NCBI GenBank assembly: GCA_032718475.1 | Contig: JAUCBJ010006913.1 | Location: 1 to 64,000 of the forward strand | DNA from: Nemertoderma westbladi | Taxonomy: Eukaryota; Animalia; Xenacoelomorpha | Reading direction: 5' to 3' | Length of the DNA: 64,000 nt | Part shown: piece by piece, positions 16,352 to 30,100 of the stretch | Position numbering within the stretch: position 1 is the first letter of the stretch | Layout: each line of letters begins with the position of its first letter | Program-made: the position numbers and the translations under genes | The notes under the pieces: generated by a model | The model's database searches: none | The model's input: only the letters and a program-made list of their open reading frames with translations | Told to the model about the DNA's origin: nothing

Positions 16352-16940
16352 GTAAGTCCATAATAATGGTGCCGATCATTAAGAGTTATCAAAATATAAG
16401 TCTGAGGTAATTACTGTTAGTTAAGAAACCAGAATAGAATTGGATATAAACGACTGTATTTTTACTTGTTTTTACAAGATTTGAAGTATCCTACATTGAA
16501 GATGACAACTAAATACATGAAATCACTAGAATCAGAATCTCTGACATAATCAACTGGTAATTGATAAAGCAAAACTAATTATTTATCCGCGATTTAAAAT
16601 CCACCCTGGGGCTTTAACAACCTCAAAGAGGAATTTAATAGGCTGGAGATTGGTTAATTATAGGGCTCAGTTAATGCAGCACAGGAATACCTCTAGAGTG
16701 CAACGCTATGCAGCTGCGTATAATCTAGCAGATTTACCACCAAATCCGCACCTAACAAAAACATTTTCGGACTATTAATGTAGGGATGATTATAAACTAT
16801 ATTAGGTGAGGATAAATGGTTGGATACTATAATGCTATAATACTTCACTGCTTTTACTTCGTAAATTATACACAATATATAATTTCTAGGACGATTAACT
16901 ATATTATTAGCATCCATCTCCATGCATCATATTCATTTGT

Positions 16941-18028
16941 TGTTCGCGCTTTTAGACCTTTAACAGTTTAACCTGTTAATTTACGTGTCTTATGATGTCT
17001 GACAGCCCGTACAAAATATGACCACAGCAGAAGCCAGTCTAGCGCGACATATGACCCACTGTTTGTGGGAGACTGAATTCTATGGCAGAGAGAGATGTAG
17101 GCTACTTTGTATTATTCGATTGATCTCTACTATATAATCTCCAAAAACTACGTATATTTTCAGGGAAATACCAGTAGTTCCTTTCAGGTGGCTGCGCTTT
17201 AAATACCACGCAGAGCTATGACTTATACTAATTACAATGGGTGGGCATGAGAAAAAGCAAATGTTTACATCCTTTATGGATGTATAATTATTCGCTCGCA
17301 TTCACACAACTGACAATAATACTGAAACACGTTAATTAGCCGACCGCACCAATTTTACTCACATATAAGGAGAAATTTAGCTCACGTACGTTGGAGGCTA
17401 TGAAACAGCATCCACTCTTACAAACCACTGTTATTTGAGCTAGGCAATTGTGAATGGTATTCCCCTCCTCTTACCTCAATGATCAAGAAAGCCAAGAGAG
17501 TTACCGGTTATTCGTAAGTATTCTCCAAATATTAACAGTGATCAAATAGGTTACAAACACAGTATTATAACAATATAAACAATATAAGATAAGCGGTGTG
17601 CGGCATTTAATCATCAGTCAGATGTTGTCAGAATTTTAGTGAGGTATCCGGTACGAGAGTACAAGAGAGTACGAGAGAGATAATTTACTCTGTTTTATAA
17701 TTGTCTGACACTCTAGCCACGGATGGTCTTTGGGCAAAGTCAGAAATATCAGAATGTCAGAATGAATGATTTCGTCATATTTACGGTATACATATGTAAA
17801 CAAAGAATTCGCAAAGTGAAAATCGCGTTGATTGGCCGAAATATAACAAAATATAACACAGTCTCTACGCATAAAGAAACAGCTGGCAAATTTCGTTATG
17901 TTAGTTCTGGATTAAGACAGACGCATAGTTGCATAAGTTTATACTTCCTCCAACACCTTAGAACAATGTTGGCCTTTTTGAAGTAGTTCGCGAATTGTAC
18001 AAAAACGACACCTCATTGCCGTAAAACA
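16941..18028 (-). mobile_element. Diverged solo LTR related to the BEL/Pao LTRs at 49769 and 61893
   Basis: Starts tgttcgcgcttttagacctttaacagtttaacc (LTR: tgttcgcgctttcagacctatggcagtttaacc). Colinear shared blocks include agagctatgactta, tgggcaaa, tgattgg and ggcctttt. Right boundary is approximate and the TSD is unresolved. Confidence 0.7.
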
Positions 18029-18650
18029 TTCATCATCTTATCATGCACATCGATATGTTTTTAAGCTTCAAGAAAACTTTCTATCCAGATTTTCAATTTT
18101 CTATTCAATTTATTCTCATTCATTATTGAGGCCCTACATCTAAAATGTAAATAAAATGTCGATATATTTATATTAAGTCCTGATTATCAAAAATATATGA
18201 TATTATTATATTTATATATATCCTTGTTCATCGATATCTAATGAATAGGGACCAATGTGTGGCCATCCTAATGTTATCTCTCAATACTGTTGAATTGATG
18301 ACCCCCGGATTTGATATCAATTTTGTTGACCTATGTTTAATGTCAGAATCATTGAATGGTGGTCATAAAAGTCTCCAGTGCGGTCCACCTTATACTGCCT
18401 AAGCTAAGAGGTACTCATTTAGCTACCGTTTCGGAATCAAAGCAGAGCTGTGCCATGGCTAGTGCTGAAACAAAAGATACCCTGGCCACCAGACATAGTA
18501 CCAACGACCTCTGGAGAGGATCGCAACCTACAGTAATTAACCACATGTCAAGGTGGTACAAACAACATATAATATGATACTTAGACGTATAGTACAGGAA
18601 GCATTCGATGTCGATGTCTTGATGACTGCAAATTGGACTAACATTAAAAA

Positions 18651-20286
18651 GTCAAGGTTTAGTCTGGTCAGAATACAGTCAAGGTTTAGTCTGGTCAGAA
18701 TACAGTCAAGGTTTAGTCTGGTCAGAATACAGTCAAGGTTTAGTCTGGTCAGAATATAGTCAAGGTTTAGTCTGGTCAGAATACAGTCAAGGTTTAGTCT
18801 GGTCAGAATACAGTCAAGGTTTAGTCTGGTCAGAATACAGTCAAGGTTTAGTCTGGTCAGAATACAGTCAAGGTTTAGTCTGGTCAGAATACAGTCAAGG
18901 TTTAGTCTGGTCAGAATACAGTCAAGGTTTAGTCTGGTCAGAATACAGTCAAGGTTTAGTCTGGTCAGAATACAGTCAAGGTTTAGTCTGGTCAGAATAC
19001 AGTCAAGGTTTAGTCTGGTCAGAATACAGTCAAGGTTTAGTCTGGTCAGAATACAGTCAAGGTTTAGTCTGGTCAGAATACAGTCAAGGTTTAGTCTGGT
19101 CAGAATACAGTCAAGGTTTAGTCTGGTCAGAATACAGTCAAGGTTTAGTCTGGTCAGAATACAGTCAAGGTTTAGTCTGGTCAGAATACAGTCAAGGTTT
19201 AGTCTGGTCAGAATACAGTCAAGGTTTAGTCTGGTCAGAATACAGTCAAGGTTTAGTCTGGTCAGAATACAGTCAAGGTTTAGTCTGGTCAGAATACAGT
19301 CAAGGTTTAGTCTGGTCAGAATACAGTCAAGGTTTAGTCTGGTCAGAATACAGTCAAGGTTTAGTCTGGTCAGAATACAGTCAAGGTTTAGTCTGGTCAG
19401 AATACAGTCAAGGTTTAGTCTGGTCAGAATACAGTCAAGGTTTAGTCTGGTCAGAATACAGTCAAGGTTTAGTCTGGTCAGAATACAGTCAAGGTTTAGT
19501 CTGGTCAGAATACAGTCAAGGTTTAGTCTGGTCAGAATACAGTCAAGGTTTAGTCTGGTCAGAATACAGTCAAGGTTTAGTCTGGTCAGAATACAGTCAA
19601 GGTTTAGTCTGGTCAGAATACAGTCAAGGTTTAGTCTGGTCAGAATACAGTCAAGGTTTAGTCTGGTCAGAATACAGTCAAGGTTTAGTCTGGTCAGAAT
19701 ACAGTCAAGGTTTAGTCTGGTCAGAATACAGTCAAGGTTTAGTCTGGTCAGAATACAGTCAAGGTTTAGTCTGGTCAGAATACAGTCAAGGTTTAGTCTG
19801 GTCAGAATACAGTCAAGGTTTAGTCTGGTCAGAATACAGTCAAGGTTTAGTCTGGTCAGAATACAGTCAAGGTTTAGTCTGGTCAGAATACAGTCAAGGT
19901 TTAGTCTGGTCAGAATACAGTCAAGGTTTAGTCTGGTCAGAATACAGTCAAGGTTTAGTCTGGTCAGAATACAGTCAAGGTTTAGTCTGGTCAGAATACA
20001 GTCAAGGTTTAGTCTGGTCAGAATACAGTCAAGGTTTAGTCTGGTCAGAATACAGTCAAGGTTTAGTCTGGTCAGAATACAGTCAAGGTTTAGTCTGGTC
20101 AGAATACAGTCAAGGTTTAGTCTGGTCAGAATACAGTCAAGGTTTAGTCTGGTCAGAATACAGTCAAGGTTTAGTCTGGTCAGAATACAGTCAAGGTTTA
20201 GTCTGGTCAGAATACAGTCAAGGTTTAGTCTGGTCAGAATACAGTCAAGGTTTAGTCTGGTCAGAATACAGTCAAGGTTTGATCTG
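18651..20286. repeat. 27-bp tandem repeat, about 60 nearly identical copies (GTCAAGGTTTAGTCTGGTCAGAATACA)
   Basis: Direct periodicity; only one internal variant noticed (~18757). Confidence 0.99.
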
Positions 20287-20426
20287 GACAACATATCAAC
20301 CAGATTCACATCTTCTCTGAATGTTAATATATTCCGGGGGGACAGTAATGCATGTGCAGCTATATAGCAGCAACTCCTGTGATAGTGGTAAAAAAAACTG
20401 CAGATAATGGTGGAAGAAAGGCTGAG

Positions 20427-20499
20427 TGGACCCGGGCGGGGCTGAACCTTCAACCAATGGATTGCAGGACCGGTGCTCAGCCAACTGAGCTACCCCGCC
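20427..20499 (-). pseudogene. tRNA-derived sequence (tRNA pseudogene or SINE head) with a GCA/Cys-like anticodon loop
   Basis: Minus strand GGCGGGGTAGCTCAGTTGGCTGAGCACCGGTCCTGCAATCCATTGGTTGAAGGTTCAGCCCCGCCCGGGTCCA has an A-box (TAGCTCAGTTGG) and a B-box-like GGTTCAGCCCC; acceptor and anticodon stems pair poorly. Confidence 0.65.
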
Positions 20500-22982
20500 T
20501 TAACATTTTGCTATAGACTCTCGTTATTGTTTTGTTTGGAATAATGTTGCACTCTAACATGCTCAATTCCATTAATTTCCCTCCCCCCCCCCCCCCCCCC
20601 CCCATCCATTTACAATCATCATAAATTACAGTTATGATGATATTTTAAAGTAACTTTTCATGATTTTTTGTAGTGTACTTAGAGTTTTGTGCAATAAGAT
20701 TTTTCTACAACTCTGTAACAATAAACTTAAACACGGCAAACTGTTAGTTTGTTTTATAAAACTTTTTTCTGTTGAAGTGGTTCTGGCGCCATTAATCCTA
20801 AGCAATGAATTCTGACATTTCTCTTCAACAATACCGGACCACTCACTCAAAACATTGAAAATTCCCTCACATTAATTGATAACTTCACTAACAAAGCCCT
20901 TTCGTGTATGATTGATAGATGTCATTAACTTCCTGTAGCTATAGAAACACAGGGAATCCGAAGCAAGAATTATTATAATGAGTTTGGGTATTTCTATGTT
21001 TACCGATAAAGTTGTTTTAAAGGGGATGACAGAAAGAGATGACAAGTTACTACATAGGCGTCGCATAGTCTCTGATTCAACATCAATAATGATTCATTAC
21101 TGATTCCATTGTTGGGTTCTTATAAACAAAATTGTTAGATGATGAAATATTTAAGGTGTAATAATAATCTAAGGTTTCTAGACTGTCTGTCCAAAGACAA
21201 TTTCTTTAAATATATAACAATGAGTTAACCGCCACACTCAACTGTAACCGCCACTCATTAGCTGAAAGGGAAGTGATACAATAATTAAAATAAATAAAAT
21301 TATAGTTAAATGTACACAGGTAAACAAGTATACTGTATGTGTCTTTGTCCTGGTAAGAGTATAACAAAATAATTTTAGATAACTTAAACTTACAGTAATT
21401 AACTGTTAATTAAATGAGGTCATTCTTACTGTGCTTTAGAGTAGAGCATGTAATATTATTATATTATTATTATATTATATTTGAGTAAAATGTGGATTAA
21501 TTGTTCCAAAATATTTTATTGTAATTTTTATTGACGCTTATCTACTGTGTGGATAATGGATAGGCATACTTCAAAAGCACTTCATTATAATATTACTTCA
21601 TTCTGCGAGATTGTGCAATACAATATAATTTATGTTTCTGCCCAGGCTACAATCTATGGTGCAATGTTTGGGATTTACTATCGTCGTTTATGAAACAGAT
21701 AAATATAGTTTGTCACTCAGGGCTCTATTTTATTTGAATCCTTAATACCCCACTTCTCCCTCCAGGCAACTCAATTTCCTTATTAATATATAATAAAAAA
21801 GAATTTATAGTATTCATCCCTCTGTACCCCAACTACTGAATATCAAATGATTACCACTTGGTTCGAATTAACCTACCGCAGCAGCTAACCTAAACGCAAA
21901 TCATTTACGCGGAAATCAGAACACTTGAGGTATTTCTCGAGTCTTAATTAGGGCAGAAACGTGTCAGTATCACGTCCGTTTGGGTCGGATTGAGTCCACG
22001 GATTCCATCCTCTCCGACTTCGCGTCACGTTTTGCCTCCATTGTAGGACACAGCGGCCCGTCTCTACCAACTAAAGTTGATTAAAATGTGGAGAAATTCT
22101 GTCAAATTTAGCCCTATAATTGGTATTAATGGCGACAGTCTTGCCGGTACCGGTTTGTACTGACTGCAGATTATTTGGGTAAAGTCACGAGTTGGTGTTT
22201 AAGTCCCGCAAAGAGAGACAAAAAGTTTGGGTTAATTATACGGTATGGAAAAATGGTTAAAACCAGCAGAGAGTTGCATTAATATGAAATAATTGCTTCT
22301 TGAAATATTTGAAGATTTTATAATAATTTTTTATTAGAAGATTTACATTCTATCAATAATTGTGTGCAAGTCCCTTATACCATTTCACTCCATAATCTAC
22401 TAGGCCTATACAGTAGATACGACCCGCCAAGCTGCTGCAAAGCCCCTAAATTTAGTGGGCCAGTTATTTCTCTTAGATAGAACCCCTGAAACAATAGGTC
22501 TAGCGCGTCGTAAGTACTTGTCCCTAACTAAAATTATGTCCTCTTTCAGATGAGACGGATAAAAATTTAATAGCTCCATTAGTTTTTGAGATATGAAGAG
22601 TTCCTGGCACCTATGCCATTTCGGTATTACAAAAATACATCACCTTTCAAAGACTTTGGTATAACCATGAAACCATAAACTATGCTTTTTTGGTTTGTTA
22701 AATTCGTTATTAATAATCGAAAGTGAGATTAGAAGCAAAATTGAATCTTTTATTTTTTAATAGATACTAAAAGAGCACCAAAGTGTTAGTAGCTCGAAAT
22801 TTTCAAATAGCCAAAAGTGGTAAATTGGCCGTACAGTTAGGACTAGGCTACTGAGGTTTTAGTCTGTGCTGATTTCATCGGCAAGGTCTATAGTAGGTCA
22901 TGTTCACTCCATTAACAATCCTCATCTAATATTAATATCACTTCCTAGCAGTACTGCTGTATCCTTGTTCCATTAAAGATCA

Positions 22983-23933
22983 GGTCAGGTCGGGGGTTCT
23001 GGGTCATTGATCAAGAAAACTTGCCACCTCCATGATGATGGGGTGATGATAACTCCACCTACTGGCTCCAGAGGTCGAGGAAATCCGGCCAAGTACCTAA
23101 CTGATCTAGACTTTGCTGATGACTTAGGAGTACTCTCAGAATCACTAGAGGGAGCCCAACGGCTCCTCAGCTCATTAGAACAGGCTGCTTCTAGTGTTGG
23201 TCTTTTTATTAACTCCAGAAAGACCAAAATTTTGACAGTAAACTTTGAAAGTCCTCAACAAGTCTCTGACCGGATGAGCATAATCTCAAAGGATGGTATG
23301 CTTGAGCATGTGGACGACTTCTGTTACCTGGGATCATGGATCCGGAAGTAAGGTGAGGACCTTCGAATACGTAAGGGAAAGGCATGGACAGCCTTGAATA
23401 GGCTTTCCAGGATTTGGAAGTCAACGAGAATTAATCGGAAACTTAAGGTCCGATTATTTAGAGCAGCAGTAGTTCCAGTACTCCTCTTTGGGAGTCCATG
23501 CTGGGCTCTAACTGCTGAGGACACCAAATCTCTGGATGGCACATTCACAAGAATGCTACGCTGGGTTCATTGTGTCAAGTACAATGCACACATCTCCAAC
23601 CAGACACTATATAACATTGGAGGTGTCTCATTGGTTCCCCCATGCTTGACACTAGAACAAAATCGCCTCCGCTTTGCAGGACATTGCTTTCACCATGAGG
23701 ACCAGCCAGTGCATAATCTTGTTCTTTGGCAGCCTCATAGAGTGAATAAGCATGGTAGACTACCCATGACTTTCTTGAGAGACATCTTAAAGGACACTGG
23801 CCTTAAATATGCGGATGATCTAGCAAATGTCATGGGTGATAGGGAGTTGTGGCGGTGCAATTTTGTCGATAAGCCGGCACAGCATTCTTAAAAATGCAGC
23901 TGCAATGCAGCATGCCGATCCTAGTAGTAGTAG
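22983..23933 (+). mobile_element. 5'-truncated LINE, RTE-like clade (RT C-terminal part, premature stop at 23349-23351)
   Basis: DLDFADDL and FCYLGS motifs, then KLKVRLFRAAVVPVLLFGS and RLRFAGH; (TAG)n tail; TSD TAAAGATCA at 22974-22982 and 23934-23942. Confidence 0.92.
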
Positions 23934-24143
23934 TAAAGATCAACCCAATTGTGTCATATGGACTCCGCGAAATATGGCCATTTCTTAGAAAAGCGAACCT
24001 TTACTAACTATATTGAACTCCACTTTCCTTAAACTTATTTCAGGAGTTTACAACTCAACTCGAAATAGGCTGGTAATTACTCTATGCATGTCGACCTTGC
24101 GAAGCTACTCAATCACACACAAAATCCAATGAACAATAATAAA

Positions 24144-27100
24144 TACACAAAAAGCATTGAAACTAAATCAAAAGAAGTGAGTTGTAGAGCCGGCCAAGAC
24201 TCTACTACTGAAGTACCACCGCTATTCTGGTACACAAAAAGCATTGAAACTAAATCAAAAGAAGTGAGTAGTAGAGCCGGCCAAGACTCTACTACTGAAG
24301 TACCACCGCTATTCTGGTACACAAAAACCATTGAAACTAAAACAAAATAAGTGAGTAGTAGAGCCGGCCAAGACTCTACTACTGAAGTACCACCGCTATT
24401 CTGGTACACAAAAAGCATTGAAATTAAAACAAAAGAAGTGAGTAGTAGAGCCGGCCAAGACTCTACTCCTGAAGTACCACCGCTATTCTGGTACACAAAA
24501 AGCATTGAAACTAAAACAAAAGAAGTGAGTAGTAGAGCCGGCCAAGACTCTACTACTGAAGTACCACCGCTACTTTGGTACACAAAAACCATTGAAATTA
24601 AAACAAAAGAAGTGAGTAGTAGAGCCGGCCAAGACTCTACTACTGAAGTACCACCGCTATTCTGGTACACAAAAACCATTGAAACTAAAACAAAAGAAGT
24701 GAGTAGTAGAGCCGGCCAAGACTCTACTACTGAAGTACCACCGCTATTCTGGTACACAAAAAGCATTGAAACTAAAACAAAAGAAGTGAGTAGTAGAGCC
24801 GGCCAAGACTCTACTACTGAAGTACCACCGCTATTCTGGTACACAAAAAGCATTGAAACTAAAACAAAAGAAGTGAGTAGTAGAGCCGGCCAAGACTCTA
24901 CTCCTGAAGTACCACCGCTATTCTGGTACACAAAAAGCATTGAAACTAAAACAAAAGAAGTGAGTAGTAGAGCCGGCCAAGACTCTACTACTGAAGTACC
25001 ACCGCTATTCTGGTACACAAAAAGCATTGAAACTAAAACAAAAGAAGTGAGTAGTAGAGCCGGCCAAGACTCTACTCCTGAAGTACCACCGCTATTCTGG
25101 TACACAAAAAGCATTGAAACTAAAACAAATGAAGTGAGTAGTAGAGCCGGCCAAGACTCTACTACTGAAGTACCACCGCTATTCTGGTACACAAAAACCA
25201 TTGAAACTAAAACAAAATAAGTGAGTAGTAGAGCCGGCCAAGACTCTACTCCTGAAGTACCACCGCTATTCTGGTACACAAAAAGCATTGAAACTAAAAC
25301 AAAAGAAGTGAGTAGTAGAGCCGGCGAAGACTCTACTACTGAAGTACCACCGCTATTCTGGTACACAAAAAGCATTGAAACTAAAACAAAAGAAGTGAGT
25401 AGTAGAGCCGGCCAAGACTCTACTACTGAAGTACCACCGCTATTCTGGTACACAAAAAGCATTGAAACTAAAACAAAAGAAGTGAGTAGTAGAGCCGGCG
25501 AAGACTCTACTCCTGAAGTACCACCGCTATTCTGGTACACAAAAAGCATTGAAACTAAAACAAAAGAAGTGAGTAGTAGAGCCGGCCAAGACTCTACTAC
25601 TGAAGTACCACCGCTATTCTGGTACACAAAAAGCATTGAAACTAAAACAAAAGAAGTGAGTAGTAGAGCCGGCGAAGACTCTACTACTGAAGTACCACCG
25701 CTATTCTGGTACACAAAAAGCATTGAAACTAAAACAAAAGAAGTGAGTAGTAGAGCCGGCCAAGACTCTACTACTGAAGTACCACCGCTATTCTGGTACA
25801 CAAAAAGCATTGAAACTAAAACAAAAGAAGTGAGTAGTAGAGCCGGCCAAGACTCTACTACTGAAGTACCACCGCTATTCTGGTACACAAAAAGCATTGA
25901 AACTAAAACAAAATAAGTGAGTAGTAGAGCCGGCCAAGACTCTACTACTGAAGTACCACCGCTATTCTGGTACACAAAAACCATTGAAACTAAAACAAAA
26001 GAAGTGAGTAGTAGAGCCGGCGAAGACTCTACTCCTGAAGTACCACCGCTATTCTGGTACACAAAAACCATTGAAACTAAAACAAAAGAAGTGAGTAGTA
26101 GAGCCGGCCAAGACTCTACTCCTGAAGTACCACCGCTATTCTGGTACACAAAAAGCATTGAAACTAAAACAAAATAAGTGAGAAGTAGAGCCGGCCAAGA
26201 CTCTACTACTGAAGTACCACCGCTATTCTGGTACACAAAAAGCATTGAAACTAAAACAAAAGAAGTGAGTAGTAGAGCCGGCCAAGACTCTACTACTGAA
26301 GTACCACCGCTATTCTGGTACACAAAAAGCATTGAAACTAAAACAAAATAAGTGAGTAGTAGAGCCGGCCAAGACTCTACTACTGAAGTACCACCGCTAT
26401 TCTGGTACACAAAAAGCATTGAAACTAAAACAAAAGAAGTGAGTAGTAGAGCCGGCCAAGACTCTACTCCTGAAGTACCACCGCTATTCTGGTACACAAA
26501 AAGCATTGAAACTAAAACAAAAGAAGTGAGTAGTAGAGCCGGCCAAGACTCTACTACTGAAGTACCACCGCTATTCTGGTACACAAAAAGCATTGAAACT
26601 AAAACAAAAGAAGTGAGTAGTAGAGCCGGCCAAGACTCTACTCCTGAAGTACCACCGCTATTCTGGTACACAAAAAGCATTGAAACTAAAACAAAAGAAG
26701 TGAGTAGTAGAGCCGGCCAAGACTCTACTACTGAAGTACCACCGCTATTCTGGTACACAAAAAGCATTGAAACTAAAACAAAAGAAGTGAGTAGTAGAGC
26801 CGGCCAAGACTCTACTCCTGAAGTACCACCGCTATTCTGGTACACAAAAAGCATTGAAACTAAAACAAATGAAGTGAGTAGTAGAGCCGGCCAAGACTCT
26901 ACTACTGAAGTACCACCGCTATTCTGGTACACAAAAACCATTGAAACTAAAACAAAATAAGTGAGTAGTAGAGCCGGCCAAGACTCTACTCCTGAAGTAC
27001 CACCGCTATTCTGGTACACAAAAAGCATTGAAACTAAAACAAAAGAAGTGAGTAGTAGAGCCGGCGAAGACTCTACTACTGAAGTACCACCGCTATTCTG

Positions 27101-30100
27101 GTACACAAAAAGCATTGAAACTAAAACAAAAGAAGTGAGTAGTAGAGCCGGCCAAGACTCTACTACTGAAGTACCACCGCTATTCTGGTACACAAAAAGC
27201 ATTGAAACTAAAACAAAAGAAGTGAGTAGTAGAGCCGGCGAAGACTCTACTCCTGAAGTACCACCGCTATTCTGGTACACAAAAAGCATTGAAACTAAAA
27301 CAAAAGAAGTGAGTAGTAGAGCCGGCGAAGACTCTACTACTGAAGTACCACCGCTATTCTGGTACACAAAAAGCATTGAAACTAAAACAAAAGAAGTGAG
27401 TAGTAGAGCCGGCCAAGACTCTACTACTGAAGTACCACCGCTATTCTGGTACACAAAAAGCATTGAAACTAAAACAAAAGAAGTGAGTAGTAGAGCCGGC
27501 GAAGACTCTACTCCTGAAGTACCACCGCTATTCTGGTACACAAAAAGCATTGAAACTAAAACAAAAGAAGTGAGTAGTAGAGCCGGCCAAGACTCTACTA
27601 CTGAAGTACCACCGCTATTCTGGTACACAAAAAGCATTGAAACTAAAACAAAAGAAGTGAGTAGTAGAGCCGGCCAAGACTCTACTCCTGAAGTACCACC
27701 GCTATTCTGGTACACAAAAAGCATTGAAACTAAAACAAAATAAGTGAGAAGTAGAGCCGGCCAAGACTCTACTACTGAAGTACCACCGCTATTCTGGTAC
27801 ACAAAAAGCATTGAAACTAAAACAAAAGAAGTGAGTAGTAGAGCCGGCCAAGACTCTACTACTGAAGTACCACCGCTATTCTGGTACACAAAAAGCATTG
27901 AAACTAAAACAAAAGAAGTGAGTAGTAGAGCCGGCCAAGACTCTACTACTGAAGTACCACCGCTATTCTGGTACACAAAAAGCATTGAAACTAAAACAAA
28001 AGAAGTGAGTAGTAGAGCCGGCGAAGACTCTACTCCTGAAGTACCACCGCTATTCTGGTACACAAAAAGCATTGAAACTAAAACAAAAGAAGTGAGTAGT
28101 AGAGCCGGCCAAGACTCTACTACTGAAGTACCACCGCTATTCTGGTACACAAAAAGCATTGAAACTAAAACAAAAGAAGTGAGTAGTAGAGCCGGCCAAG
28201 ACTCTACTACTGAAGTACCACCGCTATTCTGGTACACAAAAAGCATTGAAACTAAAACAAAAGAAGTGAGTAGTAGAGCCGGCCAAGACTCTACTACTGA
28301 AGTACCACCGCTATTCTGGTACACAAAAAGCATTGAAACTAAAACAAAAGAAGTGAGTAGTAGAGCCGGCCAAGACTCTACTCCTGAAGTACCACCGCTA
28401 TTCTGGTACACAAAAAGCATTGAAACTAAAACAAAATAAGTGAGAAGTAGAGCCGGCCAAGACTCTACTACTGAAGTACCACCGCTATTCTGGTACACAA
28501 AAAGCATTGAAACTAAAACAAAAGAAGTGAGTAGTAGAGCCGGCCAAGACTCTACTACTGAAGTACCACCGCTATTCTGGTACACAAAAAGCATTGAAAC
28601 TAAAACAAAAGAAGTGAGTAGTAGAGCCGGCCAAGACTCTACTACTGAAGTACCACCGCTATTCTGGTACACAAAAAGCATTGAAACTAAAACAAAAGAA
28701 GTGAGTAGTAGAGCCGGCCAAGACTCTACTACTGAAGTACCACCGCTATTCTGGTACACAAAAAGCATTGAAACTAAAACAAAAGAAGTGAGTAGTAGAG
28801 CCGGCGAAGACTCTACTCCTGAAGTACCACCGCTATTCTGGTACACAAAAAGCATTGAAACTAAAACAAAAGAAGTGAGTAGTAGAGCCGGCGAAGACTC
28901 TACTCCTGAAGTACCACCGCTATTCTGGTACACAAAAAGCATTGAAACTAAAACAAAATAAGTGAGTAGTAGAGCCGGCGAAGACTCTACTCCTGAAGTA
29001 CCACCGCTATTCTGGTACACAAAAAGCATTGAAACTAAAACAAAATAAGTGAGTAGTAGAGCCGGCCAAGACTCTACTACTGAAGTACCACCGCTATTCT
29101 GGTACACAAAAACCATTGAAACTAAAACAAAATAAGTGAGTAGTAGAGCCGGCCAAGACTCTACTACTGAAGTACCACCGCTATTCTGGTACACAAAAAC
29201 CATTGAAACTAAAACAAAATAAGTGAGTAGTAGAGCCGGCCAAGACTCTACTACTGAAGTACCACTGCTATTCTGGTACACAAAAAGCATTGAAACTAAA
29301 ACAAAAGAAGTGAGTAGTAGAGCCGGCCAAGACTCTACTACTGAAGTACCACCGCTATTCTGGTACACAAAAACCATTGAAACTAAAACAAAATAAGTGA
29401 GTAGTAGAGCCGGCCAAGACTCTACTACTGAAGTACCACCGCTATTCTGGTACACAAAAAGCATTGAAATTAAAACAAAAGAAGTGAGTAGTAGAGCCGG
29501 CCAAGACTCTACTACTGAAGTACCACCGCTATTCTGGTACACAAAAAGCATTGAAACTAAAACAAAAGAAGTGAGTAGTAGAGCCGGCCAAGACTCTACT
29601 ACTGAAGTACCACCGCTATTCTGGTACACAAAAACCATTGAAACTAAAACAAAATAAGTGAGTAGTAGAGCCGGCCAAGACTCTACTACTGAAGTACCAC
29701 TGCTATTCTGGTACACAAAAAGCATTGAAACTAAAACAAAAGAAGTGAGTAGTAGAGCCGGCCAAGACTCTACTACTGAAGTACCACCGCTATTCTGGTA
29801 CACAAAAACCATTGAAACTAAAACAAAATAAGTGAGTAGTAGAGCCGGCCAAGACTCTACTACTGAAGTACCACCGCTATTCTGGTACACAAAAAGCATT
29901 GAAATTAAAACAAAAGAAGTGAGTAGTAGAGCCGGCCAAGACTCTACTACTGAAGTACCACCGCTATTCTGGTACACAAAAAGCATTGAAACTAAAACAA
30001 AAGAAGTGAGTAGTAGAGCCGGCCAAGACTCTACTACTGAAGTACCACCGCTATTCTGGTACACAAAAACCATTGAAACTAAAACAAAATAAGTGAGTAG

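Noticed and set aside
20427-20499. Functional tRNA-Cys gene
   Set aside because: Acceptor and anticodon stems do not pair properly and the T-loop is degenerate
20583-20603. Poly-C tract (another at 47643-47665) as a G-quadruplex element
   Set aside because: Simple homopolymers with no supporting context
22390-22860. Possible MITE or DNA transposon remnant
   Set aside because: No convincing terminal inverted repeats or TSD found by eye
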